This document shows positions 26,899 through 36,462 of a DNA stretch of 39,853 nt, piece after piece; position 1 is the first letter of the stretch, and each line of letters opens with the position of its first letter. The position numbers and the translations under genes were made by a program. The notes under the pieces are model-generated. The model saw nothing but the letters and a program-made list of their open reading frames with translations. It was not told the DNA's origin and did no database searches. Source of the stretch: Flavobacteriales bacterium (GTDB lineage Bacteria > Bacteroidota > Bacteroidia > M30B66); NCBI GenBank assembly GCA_040402915.1, contig JBBALS010000001.1, positions 1 through 39,853 on the forward strand, read 5' to 3'.

Positions 26899-28227
26899 AT
26901 GATTATTGAACAGTTTTACGATAAAGGCCTTGCGCATGGCTCGTATGTTATAATTAGTAAAGGCGAAGCGATTGTAATTGATCCAGCAAGAGATCCTCAA
27001 CCTTATTACGATTTCGTTCATAAACATCAAGCTCAAATTGTTGGCGTTATTGAAACGCATCCACATGCCGATTTCGTATCCAGTCACCACGAAATTTCAA
27101 AACATACTGGTGCAGAGATTTATGTAAGTGAATTATTGGGTGCCAATTATCCGCATAAAACCTTCGACGATGGAGACAGCATTTCACTTGGAATGGTTAG
27201 CTTATCGGCCCTGAATACGCCCGGACATTCCCCTGACAGTATCTGCATTTTATTAAAAGATGAACAAGGAAAAGAACATGCACTTTTTTCTGGCGACACC
27301 CTTTTTGTGGGTGATGTAGGTCGTCCCGATTTACGCGAAAATGTAGGTAACACGACCGCCAAGCGGGAAGAACTAGCGCGGGCGATGTATCATTCTGTTC
27401 AAGATAAACTAAAGAAACTTCATGACGATGTGCTTGTTTTTCCGGCACATGGAGCGGGTTCTTTATGTGGTAAAAACCTAAGCAGCGATTTATCGAGCAG
27501 CATTGGTCGCGAGCAAAAAACAAATTATGCTTTCCAAATTAACGACGAACAGGAATTTGTAAATGCCCTTTTGCAAGATCAACCATTTATTCCCAAATAT
27601 TTTGGATACGACGTTGCCATTAATAAAAAAGGAGCTGCTTCTTTCGAAACAAGCGTAATTGCAGTTCCTCGTATTCATGAAAATTCGGAACTCGAAAACG
27701 GTGTTTTGATTATTGATACTCGTCCTCAAACCGATTTTAGAAAAGGTCATGTTCAAGGTTCAATCAATATTATGGATGGAGGGAAATTCGAAACTTGGTT
27801 AGGATCTATTGTTGGGCCTGAAGAGTCCTTCTACCTGATTGCCGAGAGCTCAGAACAGATTGAAATACTTATCCGAAAAGCAGCAAAAATTGGCTACGAA
27901 AGTCGAATCAAGGGAGCTTTAACCACACCATCTTCATTGAAAGAAATAATGCATGAAGTAAGTGTTAATGAAGTTCGTCTGACACCGTCTAATTTTACCA
28001 TCATAGATATTCGTAATCCGGGAGAGACTGCATTGAAACGTATTTTTTCTGGCGCACTCGAGATTCCTCTTCCTGAATTACGCGAACGCATTGCTGAAAT
28101 ACCAACAAATAAACCCATTTTAGTTCATTGCGCAGGTGGATATCGCTCTGCTGCTGGCGCTAGCATCATTCAACCTTTTGTGGATATTCCCGTCTTAGAC
28201 TTAGGTGAAGCTGTTCTTACTTTTTAA
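26899..28227 (+). CDS. MBL-fold persulfide dioxygenase-like domain fused to two rhodanese domains
   Basis: 442 aa. The metallo-beta-lactamase motif is ETHPHADF (HxHxDH-type). The C-terminal rhodanese has the active-site loop HCAGGYRSA, and a middle rhodanese-like domain appears inactive. The architecture recalls CstB-type PDO-Rhod-Rhod fusions. Confidence 0.78.
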   Translation: MIIEQFYDKGLAHGSYVIISKGEAIVIDPARDPQPYYDFVHKHQAQIVGVIETHPHADFVSSHHEISKHTGAEIYVSELLGANYPHKTFDDGDSISLGMVSLSALNTPGHSPDSICILLKDEQGKEHALFSGDTLFVGDVGRPDLRENVGNTTAKREELARAMYHSVQDKLKKLHDDVLVFPAHGAGSLCGKNLSSDLSSSIGREQKTNYAFQINDEQEFVNALLQDQPFIPKYFGYDVAINKKGAASFETSVIAVPRIHENSELENGVLIIDTRPQTDFRKGHVQGSINIMDGGKFETWLGSIVGPEESFYLIAESSEQIEILIRKAAKIGYESRIKGALTTPSSLKEIMHEVSVNEVRLTPSNFTIIDIRNPGETALKRIFSGALEIPLPELRERIAEIPTNKPILVHCAGGYRSAAGASIIQPFVDIPVLDLGEAVLTF

Positions 28228-28233
28228 ACGATT

Positions 28234-28656
28234 ATGAAAAACGTTCTGATCTTCCTTTCGATTCTCTTTGCACTTCCTGTTGTTGCGCAGAAAAAAGGCC
28301 GTCTCGAGAAACTCGATGCGAAAGCATTCCAAGTTAAAACGGTTCATTTAAAAGGCACTATTCTCGATGTTCGAAATGCAGATGAGTTCAAAGCAGAACA
28401 TATTAAAGGCGCTAAAAACATCGATTGGGATTCAAAAACGTTCAAAGAGATTGCCAAAAAACTTCCACATTACGAACCAGTTTTTATTTATTGTCAAGGC
28501 GGTTTCCGAAGCAACTTAGCAGCCGAATGGCTATTGGAAGAAGGCTTTTCGACAGCCATAGTTTTGGATAATGGAATTGATTCATGGAAGGACGCTGGAT
28601 TGCCAGTTGAAGTTTTAGTAGCTCCGGTTAAGAAATCGGAGAGTTCGTACGAGTAA
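28234..28656 (+). CDS. secreted single-domain rhodanese (sulfurtransferase)
   Basis: 140 aa. Signal peptide MKNVLIFLSILFALPVVAQ. DVRN..EF..GHI motif and active-site loop YCQGGFRSN. Confidence 0.8.
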   Translation: MKNVLIFLSILFALPVVAQKKGRLEKLDAKAFQVKTVHLKGTILDVRNADEFKAEHIKGAKNIDWDSKTFKEIAKKLPHYEPVFIYCQGGFRSNLAAEWLLEEGFSTAIVLDNGIDSWKDAGLPVEVLVAPVKKSESSYE

Positions 28657-29065
28657 GCCGAAAGGGAAAATTTCTAGTTGAGGAATTTTCCGAAGTCCCA
28701 GGATGTTATGGATTGATGACTTCTTCGAGGTCCTCTTTTACTGGAATATTATGCTTAATCCGGAAGGAATTATTTCTATAAAATCATCTGCGATACGATA
28801 AAATGCGATCTCGACGGGGTTGACCCCATTTTATTCTAATTCATTTCTATGGACAGTTGACCAATTGCAAGGTTTTTTCAGTGCGAGGCAAAATCCAACC
28901 TGATAAATTGGTTTTCGTAACTCAAAAAATATGTTGATTTAAATCAGGCCTTGTTATCAAACGATCAATTGAATTCCGCCATAATTAATTAAAGAATAAA
29001 TAATTTAAATGGCGATCATAATCATCAATTTGTAAACTATATTCGCAACAAACATCGAGTCCTTC

Positions 29066-31351
29066 ATGCGCCGTATAGTTCTGTTTTACATAAGCATTTC
29101 TGCTGCAGCTATAATTGCTATTTGGACAATTATTCGGCAAGGGAAGTTCCTTGAAATTGGACGTCCCATTATAGCACCTCCATTTATCGAAGCAAAAGAT
29201 ATCGCCTCCAAAGGAATCGATGGATTTTTAAACAACCTGCATCATCCGCTGGCCATCTTAATTCTGCAAATTCTTTCCATCATTGTTGCGGCTCGTTTAT
29301 TCGGCTTGCTATTTACGCGCATTGGACAACCAACAGTCATTGGAGAAATTACTGCAGGAATTGTTCTCGGACCCTCTTTGCTCGGAATGTACTTTCCGGA
29401 ATATTCGCATTTCCTATTTCCAATCGAATCGCTCGGGAATTTGCAGTTTTTAAGTCAGGTAGGATTGATTCTTTTCATGTTTGTAATCGGCATGGAGCTC
29501 GATTTGAAAATCCTGAAAAATAAAGTACATGAAGCCATTTTAATTTCACATACCGGAATTGCACTTCAATATTCTTTGGGTATCGGTCTCGCCTATTACC
29601 TCTACGATGATTTTGCCCCTGCCAACACGCCCTTTATTTCGTACGGATTATTCATGGGAATCGCCATGAGTATTACGGCATTTCCGGTATTAGCGCGCAT
29701 TATTCAAGAACGTGGACTTTCCAAAACCCGATTAGGATTTACAGCCATTACCAGTGCTGCTGCCGACGACATCACCGCTTGGTGTATTCTGGCTGCTGTT
29801 ATTGCCTTTGTGAAAGCCGGCACCTTGCTCACCGCATTGTTTACCATCAGCTTTTCGATGCTGTATGTGGGCTTTATGATTTTTGTGGTTGGCCCCTTTT
29901 TGAAACGATTGGGTGATATTTATTCGAACCGCGAAACCATTTCGAAAGGCATTGTCGCATTGGTGTTTGTGATTTTGATGACCTCCTCCTACCTGACCGA
30001 GATAATTGGAATTCATGCCTTGTTTGGCGCATTCATAGCAGGTGTTATTATGCCGCCCAATCTGAATTTCCGAAAGATTTTGATTGAAAAGATTGAAGAT
30101 GTTTCCTTGGTTTTGCTCCTCCCCTTGTTTTTCGTTTTTACGGGATTGAGAACCCAAATTGGATTATTGAACGATAGTCACCTTTGGCTTTTGTGTGGAT
30201 TAATTATTTGTGTTGCCGTTGCCGGGAAGTTTATTGGAACCTCCATGGCAGCGCGTATTATTGGAAAAAACTGGAAAGAAAGTTTATCCATTGGCGCCAT
30301 GATGAACACCCGTGGATTGATGGAGCTTATTGTGCTTAACATTGGTTATGATTTGGGTATATTGACTCCAACCATGTTTGCCATGATGGTGATAATGGCA
30401 TTGGTAACTACCTTCATGACTGGTCCAATACTTTCGTTTATAAACTGGATTTTCAAAGAAAAGGAACTCGAAGTTGAAAGTATCATTTCCAAGACCGAAT
30501 CTATTGTTGATACCATATTAATTTCATTTGGATTAGCCAGTAGCGGACGTAAATTGCTTCGACTCGCATCGCAAATGAGTGGTGTAAATCCAAATCTAGT
30601 CCATTATTCGGCCATTCACGTTACGCCTAGTGCCGATGTGAGTTTATTGAATGTGAGTGAGTTTGAAAAGCAAAGCTTCCGACCAATACGCACCGAAGCC
30701 GAACGCTTGCAGGTAGATATTCGTTCGCACTATAAACTAAGTAACGATTTGTACAAAGAAGTAATCGGACTCGTTGAAAAAGAATCGGTTAAATTGCTTT
30801 TACTCGGAGCAGGTAAATCGCTTTATACCGGAACATTACTTGGAAATATTGTAGGTGTTGCCAAGACCTTATCGCCTGAGAATTTATTGGGAACCATAAC
30901 CGGAACCAATCCTCTGTTCCGAACCGATTACTTGATTGATGATCGCGCAAAACATTTTATGGAAGATTCGCAATGCGATGTAGGAGTTTTACTCGACCGC
31001 GATTTTAGTGATTCTAGCACCCTTTTTATTCCTTTGTTTGATGATGACGATGCGTTTTTATTTGATTATGCGCGCAAGTTCATCCTCAATTCAAAATCGG
31101 AAATTAGTTTCATGGACGCTTCTGGAAGAATGGAGCAGGATTCTTTAATACGTCGTAAGTTCAATCAACTTAAATCGCAATTCCCCACTAATATTTCGAT
31201 TCATCAAGTAAAAACAATCGAAAAAGACTTTTTATCGCATCAAGATTTAATGCTTATCAATTACCCAAGTTGGAAAGGTTTGATTGAAAGCAAGAGTCTT
31301 TGGTTGGAACATATTCCAAGCGTTCTTATTTTAAAGTCCAGCCCGCATTGA
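29066..31351 (+). CDS. cation:proton antiporter (CPA2/Kef-NapA-like) with a C-terminal cytoplasmic extension of about 300 aa
   Basis: 761 aa. Na_H_Exchanger-type TM core (GEITAGIVLGPS, FMFVIGMELD, AFIAGVIMP, NTRGLMELIVLNIG). The soluble C-terminal region has a USP-like alpha/beta character (LLLLGAG...). Confidence 0.8.
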   Translation: MRRIVLFYISISAAAIIAIWTIIRQGKFLEIGRPIIAPPFIEAKDIASKGIDGFLNNLHHPLAILILQILSIIVAARLFGLLFTRIGQPTVIGEITAGIVLGPSLLGMYFPEYSHFLFPIESLGNLQFLSQVGLILFMFVIGMELDLKILKNKVHEAILISHTGIALQYSLGIGLAYYLYDDFAPANTPFISYGLFMGIAMSITAFPVLARIIQERGLSKTRLGFTAITSAAADDITAWCILAAVIAFVKAGTLLTALFTISFSMLYVGFMIFVVGPFLKRLGDIYSNRETISKGIVALVFVILMTSSYLTEIIGIHALFGAFIAGVIMPPNLNFRKILIEKIEDVSLVLLLPLFFVFTGLRTQIGLLNDSHLWLLCGLIICVAVAGKFIGTSMAARIIGKNWKESLSIGAMMNTRGLMELIVLNIGYDLGILTPTMFAMMVIMALVTTFMTGPILSFINWIFKEKELEVESIISKTESIVDTILISFGLASSGRKLLRLASQMSGVNPNLVHYSAIHVTPSADVSLLNVSEFEKQSFRPIRTEAERLQVDIRSHYKLSNDLYKEVIGLVEKESVKLLLLGAGKSLYTGTLLGNIVGVAKTLSPENLLGTITGTNPLFRTDYLIDDRAKHFMEDSQCDVGVLLDRDFSDSSTLFIPLFDDDDAFLFDYARKFILNSKSEISFMDASGRMEQDSLIRRKFNQLKSQFPTNISIHQVKTIEKDFLSHQDLMLINYPSWKGLIESKSLWLEHIPSVLILKSSPH

Positions 31352-32639
31352 TTAGTTTATTGGAATTGATTTTCTTCAATTGAAATAGGAAGATTAATCC
31401 AACAAGAAACAACAACCCAAGCAATAAAATAGACGATCGCATCGAACCCGTTAATGTTTCGAGCAGTCCAAACAGGAAAGTTCCTAAAACTACGGCCATT
31501 TTCTCGGCAACATCATAGAAGCTGAAATAGGCAGTATGTTCGTTTGTTTTTGGGAGTAACTTGGAATAGGTAGATCGCGCCAAGGCTTGAATTCCGCCCA
31601 TCACCAAACCAACAAAACAGGCCAACAGCATGAATCCCTTTGAGTCGAATACAAAATAGGCTCCTACACATATTCCAATCCACAGAACTACTGAAATCAT
31701 CATCGATTCGATGTTTCCAATTCGTTCCGAAAGTTTTGCAAAACCGATTGATCCAATAACGCCCACCAATTGAATGATTAAGATGGTGGGAATTAAAACT
31801 TCATCTTTTAAATCCAATTCTTTTTTACCAAAGTTTGCAGCCATGTACATGACTGTGAGAACCGCCATCATGATAAAAAAGAAAGCAGCAAGAAAAACAA
31901 GAAGTGATTTGTGTTTTCTGAATTCTTTCCAAACAAGTATAAGTTCTCTGTAACCATTTAAAATAGGATTTTGATCCGTCGCTTTCCCTTTTATTTTCTT
32001 CGGTAAATAGGCAAATGTATATTGCGCAAATGCGATCCACCAAACTCCAACCGAAATAAAGCTGATTCTTGCGGCCATCCCTTTGGGAGGAATACCGAAA
32101 AATTGAGGCTTTAGTAGCATGGCTAAATTGATTAATAACAAAACCACTCCACCAATGTATCCGAGCGCATAACCTCTTGCCGAGATACGATCTTCCATTC
32201 CCTCAGGAGCAATTTCAGGCAACCAAGCATTGTAAAAAACCAATCCCCCGCTGTAACCAATTCCAGCCAACATAAATGCAATGATTCCCCATTCGAGGTT
32301 GGAGCTGGTAAAGAAATACAAAGCCATGCAAGAGATTCCGCCTAACCAAGTAAAAATTTGCATAAACAATTTACGACGTCCAGTATAATCGGCAATTGAT
32401 GCTAATAACGGTGATAAAAAAGCTACAATCAGAAATGAAGCTGAGACGGTCCAAGCATACAAAGAAGTATTCAATACTTCCCATCCAAAAAAATGAACTA
32501 TTCCATGAGCATCTCCTTGAGCAACTGCAGCATAATATGCAGGTAAAATGGCTGATGTAATACTCAATTGATACACCGAATTAGCCCAATCAAAAACTGT
32601 CCATGCCCTAATAACCTGAGTATTACCTCGTAAATTCAT
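31326..32639 (-). CDS. MFS transporter, UMF1 (Atg22-like) family
   Basis: 437 aa from MNLRGNTQVIRAWTVFDWANSVYQ, which is the characteristic UMF1 N-terminus W..YD.ANS.Y. About 12 TM segments. The 3' end overlaps the convergent antiporter gene by 26 bp. Confidence 0.72.
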   Translation of the reverse strand: MNLRGNTQVIRAWTVFDWANSVYQLSITSAILPAYYAAVAQGDAHGIVHFFGWEVLNTSLYAWTVSASFLIVAFLSPLLASIADYTGRRKLFMQIFTWLGGISCMALYFFTSSNLEWGIIAFMLAGIGYSGGLVFYNAWLPEIAPEGMEDRISARGYALGYIGGVVLLLINLAMLLKPQFFGIPPKGMAARISFISVGVWWIAFAQYTFAYLPKKIKGKATDQNPILNGYRELILVWKEFRKHKSLLVFLAAFFFIMMAVLTVMYMAANFGKKELDLKDEVLIPTILIIQLVGVIGSIGFAKLSERIGNIESMMISVVLWIGICVGAYFVFDSKGFMLLACFVGLVMGGIQALARSTYSKLLPKTNEHTAYFSFYDVAEKMAVVLGTFLFGLLETLTGSMRSSILLLGLLFLVGLIFLFQLKKINSNKLINAGWTLK

Positions 32640-32730
32640 ATAAAACGGATGTATTTTTAAAGAAAAAAATATAGCGAATGTAATTCTGAATTCATTATTT
32701 TCGCCAAAATTACTTTTATACAAAAACTAT

Positions 32731-33600
32731 ATGAAATCGCCTGAACTAACTTCTACCATTCTTGTCCCTATCGACTTTTCTCTAATTACTCCACCTGCCA
32801 TTGCCCATGCGCAATTATATGCTGGGATTTTCGGGAAGCACATTACACTAGTTCATTTAATTGATAAAGGTTGGGGCGATAAAGAACACGATATTCTATT
32901 AGAAGAAGAAGAAGCTTTGTCGAAACTACAAAACTTAGCGGACGATATTTATGCTTCTTCAGGCATTACTGCAAAAGTGATGGTTCGTCGTGGTGATTTC
33001 CATGAGGGCATTGGCGAATTAGCCGAAGAACTTAATGCCACATTAGTGGTTATGGGCACCAAGGGAATTCATGGAATTCAGCGTTGGACAGGAAGTCATG
33101 CAATCAGAGTAATCAAAAACACCAAAGACACACCTTACATTGTCGTTCAAGATATTCCAAAGCGAAACGAAGTAAAAACAGTTGTTCTTCCATTCTCTTT
33201 CACGGTCGAAAGTCGTCAGAAATTGGCATGGGCAATTCACCTATCTAAGTTATTTTCTTGTCATTTCTTGGTTATTGCAGAGCGTCAAACCGATGAGTTT
33301 ATTCAAAATAAAATCCAGAATAACATGTCGTTTGCGAAGAAATACTTGAGTCAACACGGATGTAGTTTTTCCATTGAAACAGCAAGTGGATTAACTGCAT
33401 TTCATAAAGAAATCATGATTTACTCGAATGCCAAAGAAGCCGATTTGATTCTAATTATGACCGATGAAGAGCGTGAATTGGCTGAGTTTTTCACAGGAAC
33501 ACACGAACAAGAAATTATTGCAAACGAAATGAAATTGCCCGTTATGGTAATGAATCCTGTTGACAATATGTTGATTTTAGGAGCTGCTATGTTCCAATAA
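32731..33600 (+). CDS. universal stress protein, tandem USP domains
   Basis: 289 aa. ILVPIDFS is the N-terminus of domain 1, with LVVMGTKG.HG in the ATP-binding-like region. The second domain (VVLPFSF...LILIMTDEE) lacks a clear G-2x-G-9x-G(S/T) motif. Confidence 0.72.
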   Translation: MKSPELTSTILVPIDFSLITPPAIAHAQLYAGIFGKHITLVHLIDKGWGDKEHDILLEEEEALSKLQNLADDIYASSGITAKVMVRRGDFHEGIGELAEELNATLVVMGTKGIHGIQRWTGSHAIRVIKNTKDTPYIVVQDIPKRNEVKTVVLPFSFTVESRQKLAWAIHLSKLFSCHFLVIAERQTDEFIQNKIQNNMSFAKKYLSQHGCSFSIETASGLTAFHKEIMIYSNAKEADLILIMTDEERELAEFFTGTHEQEIIANEMKLPVMVMNPVDNMLILGAAMFQ

Positions 33601-33733
33601 ATTGAAGTATTGAGACATATTTTTTCTGAGATTCCTTGAGTTTTATTTTTTCGATTTCAGATAAAAACTAATTCTGACCTATACTGGAACTTCATGAAAT
33701 AAGGGCAGAAGCTAATTTCTTGCTCAAAAAAAC

Positions 33734-33741
33734 TATATTTG
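33734..33741 (+). promoter_or_regulatory. Bacteroidota-type -7 promoter box TATATTTG (TAnnTTTG) upstream of the cold-shock gene
   Basis: Exact match to the TAnnTTTG consensus, 66 nt upstream of ATG 33807. This would give a 5' UTR of about 60 nt. I found no convincing -33 TTTG at canonical spacing. Confidence 0.45.
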
Positions 33742-33806
33742 CAACATATTACAAACCTATGAACTTTGTCTTGAGGCAGGTTCTTTAACTATATTCAAAG
33801 CAAAGC

Positions 33807-34259
33807 ATGGCAAAATCATCTGAAACCTTCAATAAAAAAGAGAACGAGAAAAAGCGCTTAAAGAAAAAGAAGGATAAAGAGCAAAAGAAGGAAGACAGAA
33901 AATCGACTGTTGGGAAGGCTAAAAGCTTTGATGATATGATTGCTTATGTGGATGAAAATGGGAACATCACTTCTACCCCACCCGATCCATCCAAAAAACA
34001 CGTTGTTAATATTGAGGAAATCCGTATTGGAGTTGCCAAACAGGAGGATTTAGAACCCGAGGATTTACTTCGAAAAGGAACCGTTTCGTTTTTCAACACA
34101 TCAAAAGGATATGGTTTCATAAAAGATCACGTTAGTCAGGAAAGCATTTTTGTGCATATAAATGGCTTGGTTGACCAAGTAAAAGAAAACGATAAAGTTA
34201 CCTTCACAACAGAACAAACTCCTAAAGGTAAGAGTGCTGTAGATGTGAAATTGGCATAA
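33807..34259 (+). CDS. cold-shock-domain protein with a Lys/Glu-rich N-terminal extension of about 88 aa
   Basis: 150 aa. The C-terminal CSD has RNP1 KGYGFI and RNP2 IFVHI. The N-terminus is low complexity (KKENEKKRLKKKKDKEQKKEDRK). Confidence 0.85.
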   Translation: MAKSSETFNKKENEKKRLKKKKDKEQKKEDRKSTVGKAKSFDDMIAYVDENGNITSTPPDPSKKHVVNIEEIRIGVAKQEDLEPEDLLRKGTVSFFNTSKGYGFIKDHVSQESIFVHINGLVDQVKENDKVTFTTEQTPKGKSAVDVKLA

Positions 34260-34592
34260 TGTCCTAATAAAATTAACACGGAACCTTTTACTAGTGCTAT
34301 GTTGGCTTAATAACCAATATAGTCATGAGATTCTGTTTTAATCGTAATGAGTTGATCCATTCATGTATGACCACAATTGAAAGATCATAAAAACGCAAAA
34401 AAACGAATGTGTTGAAAAATGATCAATACATAATGCCTTGAAAAACAGATATTAAGGTTCTTTTTCATTGAATATCTTAAACATTGTCAACAAGTCTTAT
34501 TGTTCTGCGTTAAGTTTGCGGTCGTTTTCAAGTTCAACATAATAACGAAAGCCGTTTAACTAGTTGATTTTGATAAAGGATAAAAAAAAAGC

Positions 34593-35468
34593 ATGGCAAA
34601 ACATCAAAGAGAAACAATTAGCATTTTAAAATTTTGGGGTTTCATAGGAATACATTTTGTACCCTTTCTAGCAATTTTCACTGGAACATTTTCATTTGAT
34701 TGGGCATTAGCGCTTGCACTTTATGTGATTCGGATGTTTTTTATTACGGCTGGTTACCACCGTTATTTTTCACATAGAACATTCAAAACATCACGCGTAT
34801 TTCAGTTCTTACTTGCATTTTTTGCGCAAACTAGCATGCAAAAAGGCGCATTGTGGTGGGCCGCAAATCACCGTATTCACCATAAGAAAAGTGATACATT
34901 AGAGGATCCACATTCGGCTAAGCTATTTGGATTTTGGTATGCGCATGTGGGTTGGATTGTAGGAAAAAATTACAAAGAGACACGTTATGAACTTATAAAG
35001 GATTTGGCTAAATATCCAGAGCTTGTTTGGTTAAATAAATTCCATTGGATTCCTGCTGCTGCATTGATGGTCTTTACCCTCTTCCTAGGCAACATGGTAA
35101 ATGGTTCGGGCATTCTCGATTTTCAAGCTGGGGTTGGTACACTTCTAATTGGGTTTTTCTTGAGTACGGTTGTATTGTATCATGGCACGTTTACTATCAA
35201 TTCACTGATGCACGAAATTGGGAAACGTCGTTATAATACCGACGATGATAGCCGAAACAGTATTGTTTTAGCAATTGTAACACTTGGAGAAGGTTGGCAC
35301 AATAATCACCACTATTACCAAAGTACAGCACGTCAAGGATTCTTTTGGTGGGAAATTGACATCGCGTATTATGTAATTCGCATTCTAGGTTTCTTTCGAA
35401 TTGTTTGGGATATCCGCGAAGTACCTAAGCATATACTTGATGGTAATCGTATTAATGAAGCCGCCTAA
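34593..35468 (+). CDS. acyl-CoA (delta-9-type) fatty acid desaturase, membrane di-iron
   Basis: 291 aa. The three His boxes are HRYFSH, HRIHHKKSD and HNNHHYY, with TM segments in between. Confidence 0.85.
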   Translation: MAKHQRETISILKFWGFIGIHFVPFLAIFTGTFSFDWALALALYVIRMFFITAGYHRYFSHRTFKTSRVFQFLLAFFAQTSMQKGALWWAANHRIHHKKSDTLEDPHSAKLFGFWYAHVGWIVGKNYKETRYELIKDLAKYPELVWLNKFHWIPAAALMVFTLFLGNMVNGSGILDFQAGVGTLLIGFFLSTVVLYHGTFTINSLMHEIGKRRYNTDDDSRNSIVLAIVTLGEGWHNNHHYYQSTARQGFFWWEIDIAYYVIRILGFFRIVWDIREVPKHILDGNRINEAA

Positions 35469-35616
35469 ATTGTGTAGGTAAAATATTGTTGAATGATTTT
35501 GAGCTAAATATCTTTAATGTAAAATGGATAAATCTGCTGTTTACTACTTTATGAAATAGCAGCAAACATTTTTCAAAAAAAATCATACAAATTCACAATT
35601 CATCCGTTCATTTTTC

Positions 35617-35624
35617 TATTTTTG
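35617..35624 (+). promoter_or_regulatory. -7 promoter box TATTTTTG (TAnnTTTG) for the SRP RNA gene
   Basis: Exact consensus match that ends a few nt before the 5' arm of the SRP RNA closing helix. Confidence 0.5.
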
Positions 35625-35625
35625 C

Positions 35626-35728
35626 GCTGGGTAAGTCTTATACGACCAGCTCCTGCTGAAATCCCCCAGGACCGGAAGGTAGCAAGGGTAGGTGGTTGAG
35701 CGGTGCGATATAAGTAACTTACCCATTT
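35626..35728 (+). ncRNA. ffs: signal recognition particle RNA, small bacterial (4.5S) type
   Basis: The domain IV core is CCCCAGGACCGGAAGGTAGCAAGGG: a GGAA tetraloop closed by ACC/GGT, flanked by the conserved CAGG/AGCA symmetric loop and CCC/GGG. The terminal helix pairs TGGGTAAGT (35628-35636) with ACTTACCCA (35717-35725) and is followed by a T run. Ends are approximate. Confidence 0.85.
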
Positions 35729-35736
35729 TTTATGTC

Positions 35737-36462
35737 ATGGCAAATCCAATTCTTTCTATTGTAATTCCTGCATACAACGAAGGTCCGACCATACATTTTA
35801 TCTTGGATAAAGTTCGGGCTGTGCATCTGCCTGAGAATATTCAAAAACAGGTTATCATAGTTAACGACTGCTCGAGCGACAATACTGAAGAAGCCATTCA
35901 GAATTATATGGCACAGTATCCTGAAACTGGAATTGTGTATGTGAAGCATGAGAAAAATGCTGGCAAAGGGGCCGCTTTGCATACAGGAATAAAACACGCA
36001 ACTGGCGATTTTATCATAATCCAGGATGCTGATTTAGAATACGATCCACAGGAATATAATATTCTGCTTAAACCCATGTTGGATGGTTTTGCTGATGTTG
36101 TTTATGGAAGTCGTTTTATTGGTGGAAATCCGCACCGCATCCTTTTCTTTTGGCATACTATCGGAAATAAAATGTTGACATTCCTTTCAAATATGTTCAC
36201 TAATTTGAACCTGACCGATATGGAAACTTGCTATAAGCTATTTCGCCGCGAAACCATACAATCGCTTCCTTTGAAAGAAAAGCGTTTTGGATTTGAACCT
36301 GAAGTTACGGCCCGTATTTCACGTATTCCAAATATCCGTATCTACGAAGTTGGCATATCCTATTATGGAAGAACCTATGCCGAAGGGAAGAAAATTAATT
36401 GGAAGGATGGATTCAGAGCCATTTGGTGCATTTTAAAATACAATCTTTTCATCCGTAAATGA
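35737..36462 (+). CDS. family 2 glycosyltransferase (polyprenol-phosphate sugar synthase, DPM1/ArnC-like)
   Basis: 241 aa from [15 protein letters not shown]. Motifs are NDCSSD, GKGAAL and the DxD-region [11 protein letters not shown]. The track start at 35692 lies inside the SRP RNA. Confidence 0.85.
   Translation: MANPILSIVIPAYNEGPTIHFILDKVRAVHLPENIQKQVIIVNDCSSDNTEEAIQNYMAQYPETGIVYVKHEKNAGKGAALHTGIKHATGDFIIIQDADLEYDPQEYNILLKPMLDGFADVVYGSRFIGGNPHRILFFWHTIGNKMLTFLSNMFTNLNLTDMETCYKLFRRETIQSLPLKEKRFGFEPEVTARISRIPNIRIYEVGISYYGRTYAEGKKINWKDGFRAIWCILKYNLFIRK

Noticed and set aside
28800-28840. c-di-AMP (ydaO-type) riboswitch upstream of the cation antiporter, suggested by ACGGGG...CCCC
   Set aside because: I can see only one short hairpin. 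The pseudo-two-fold architecture and the paired conserved motifs of that class are not visible. The call cannot be supported without a covariance-model scan.
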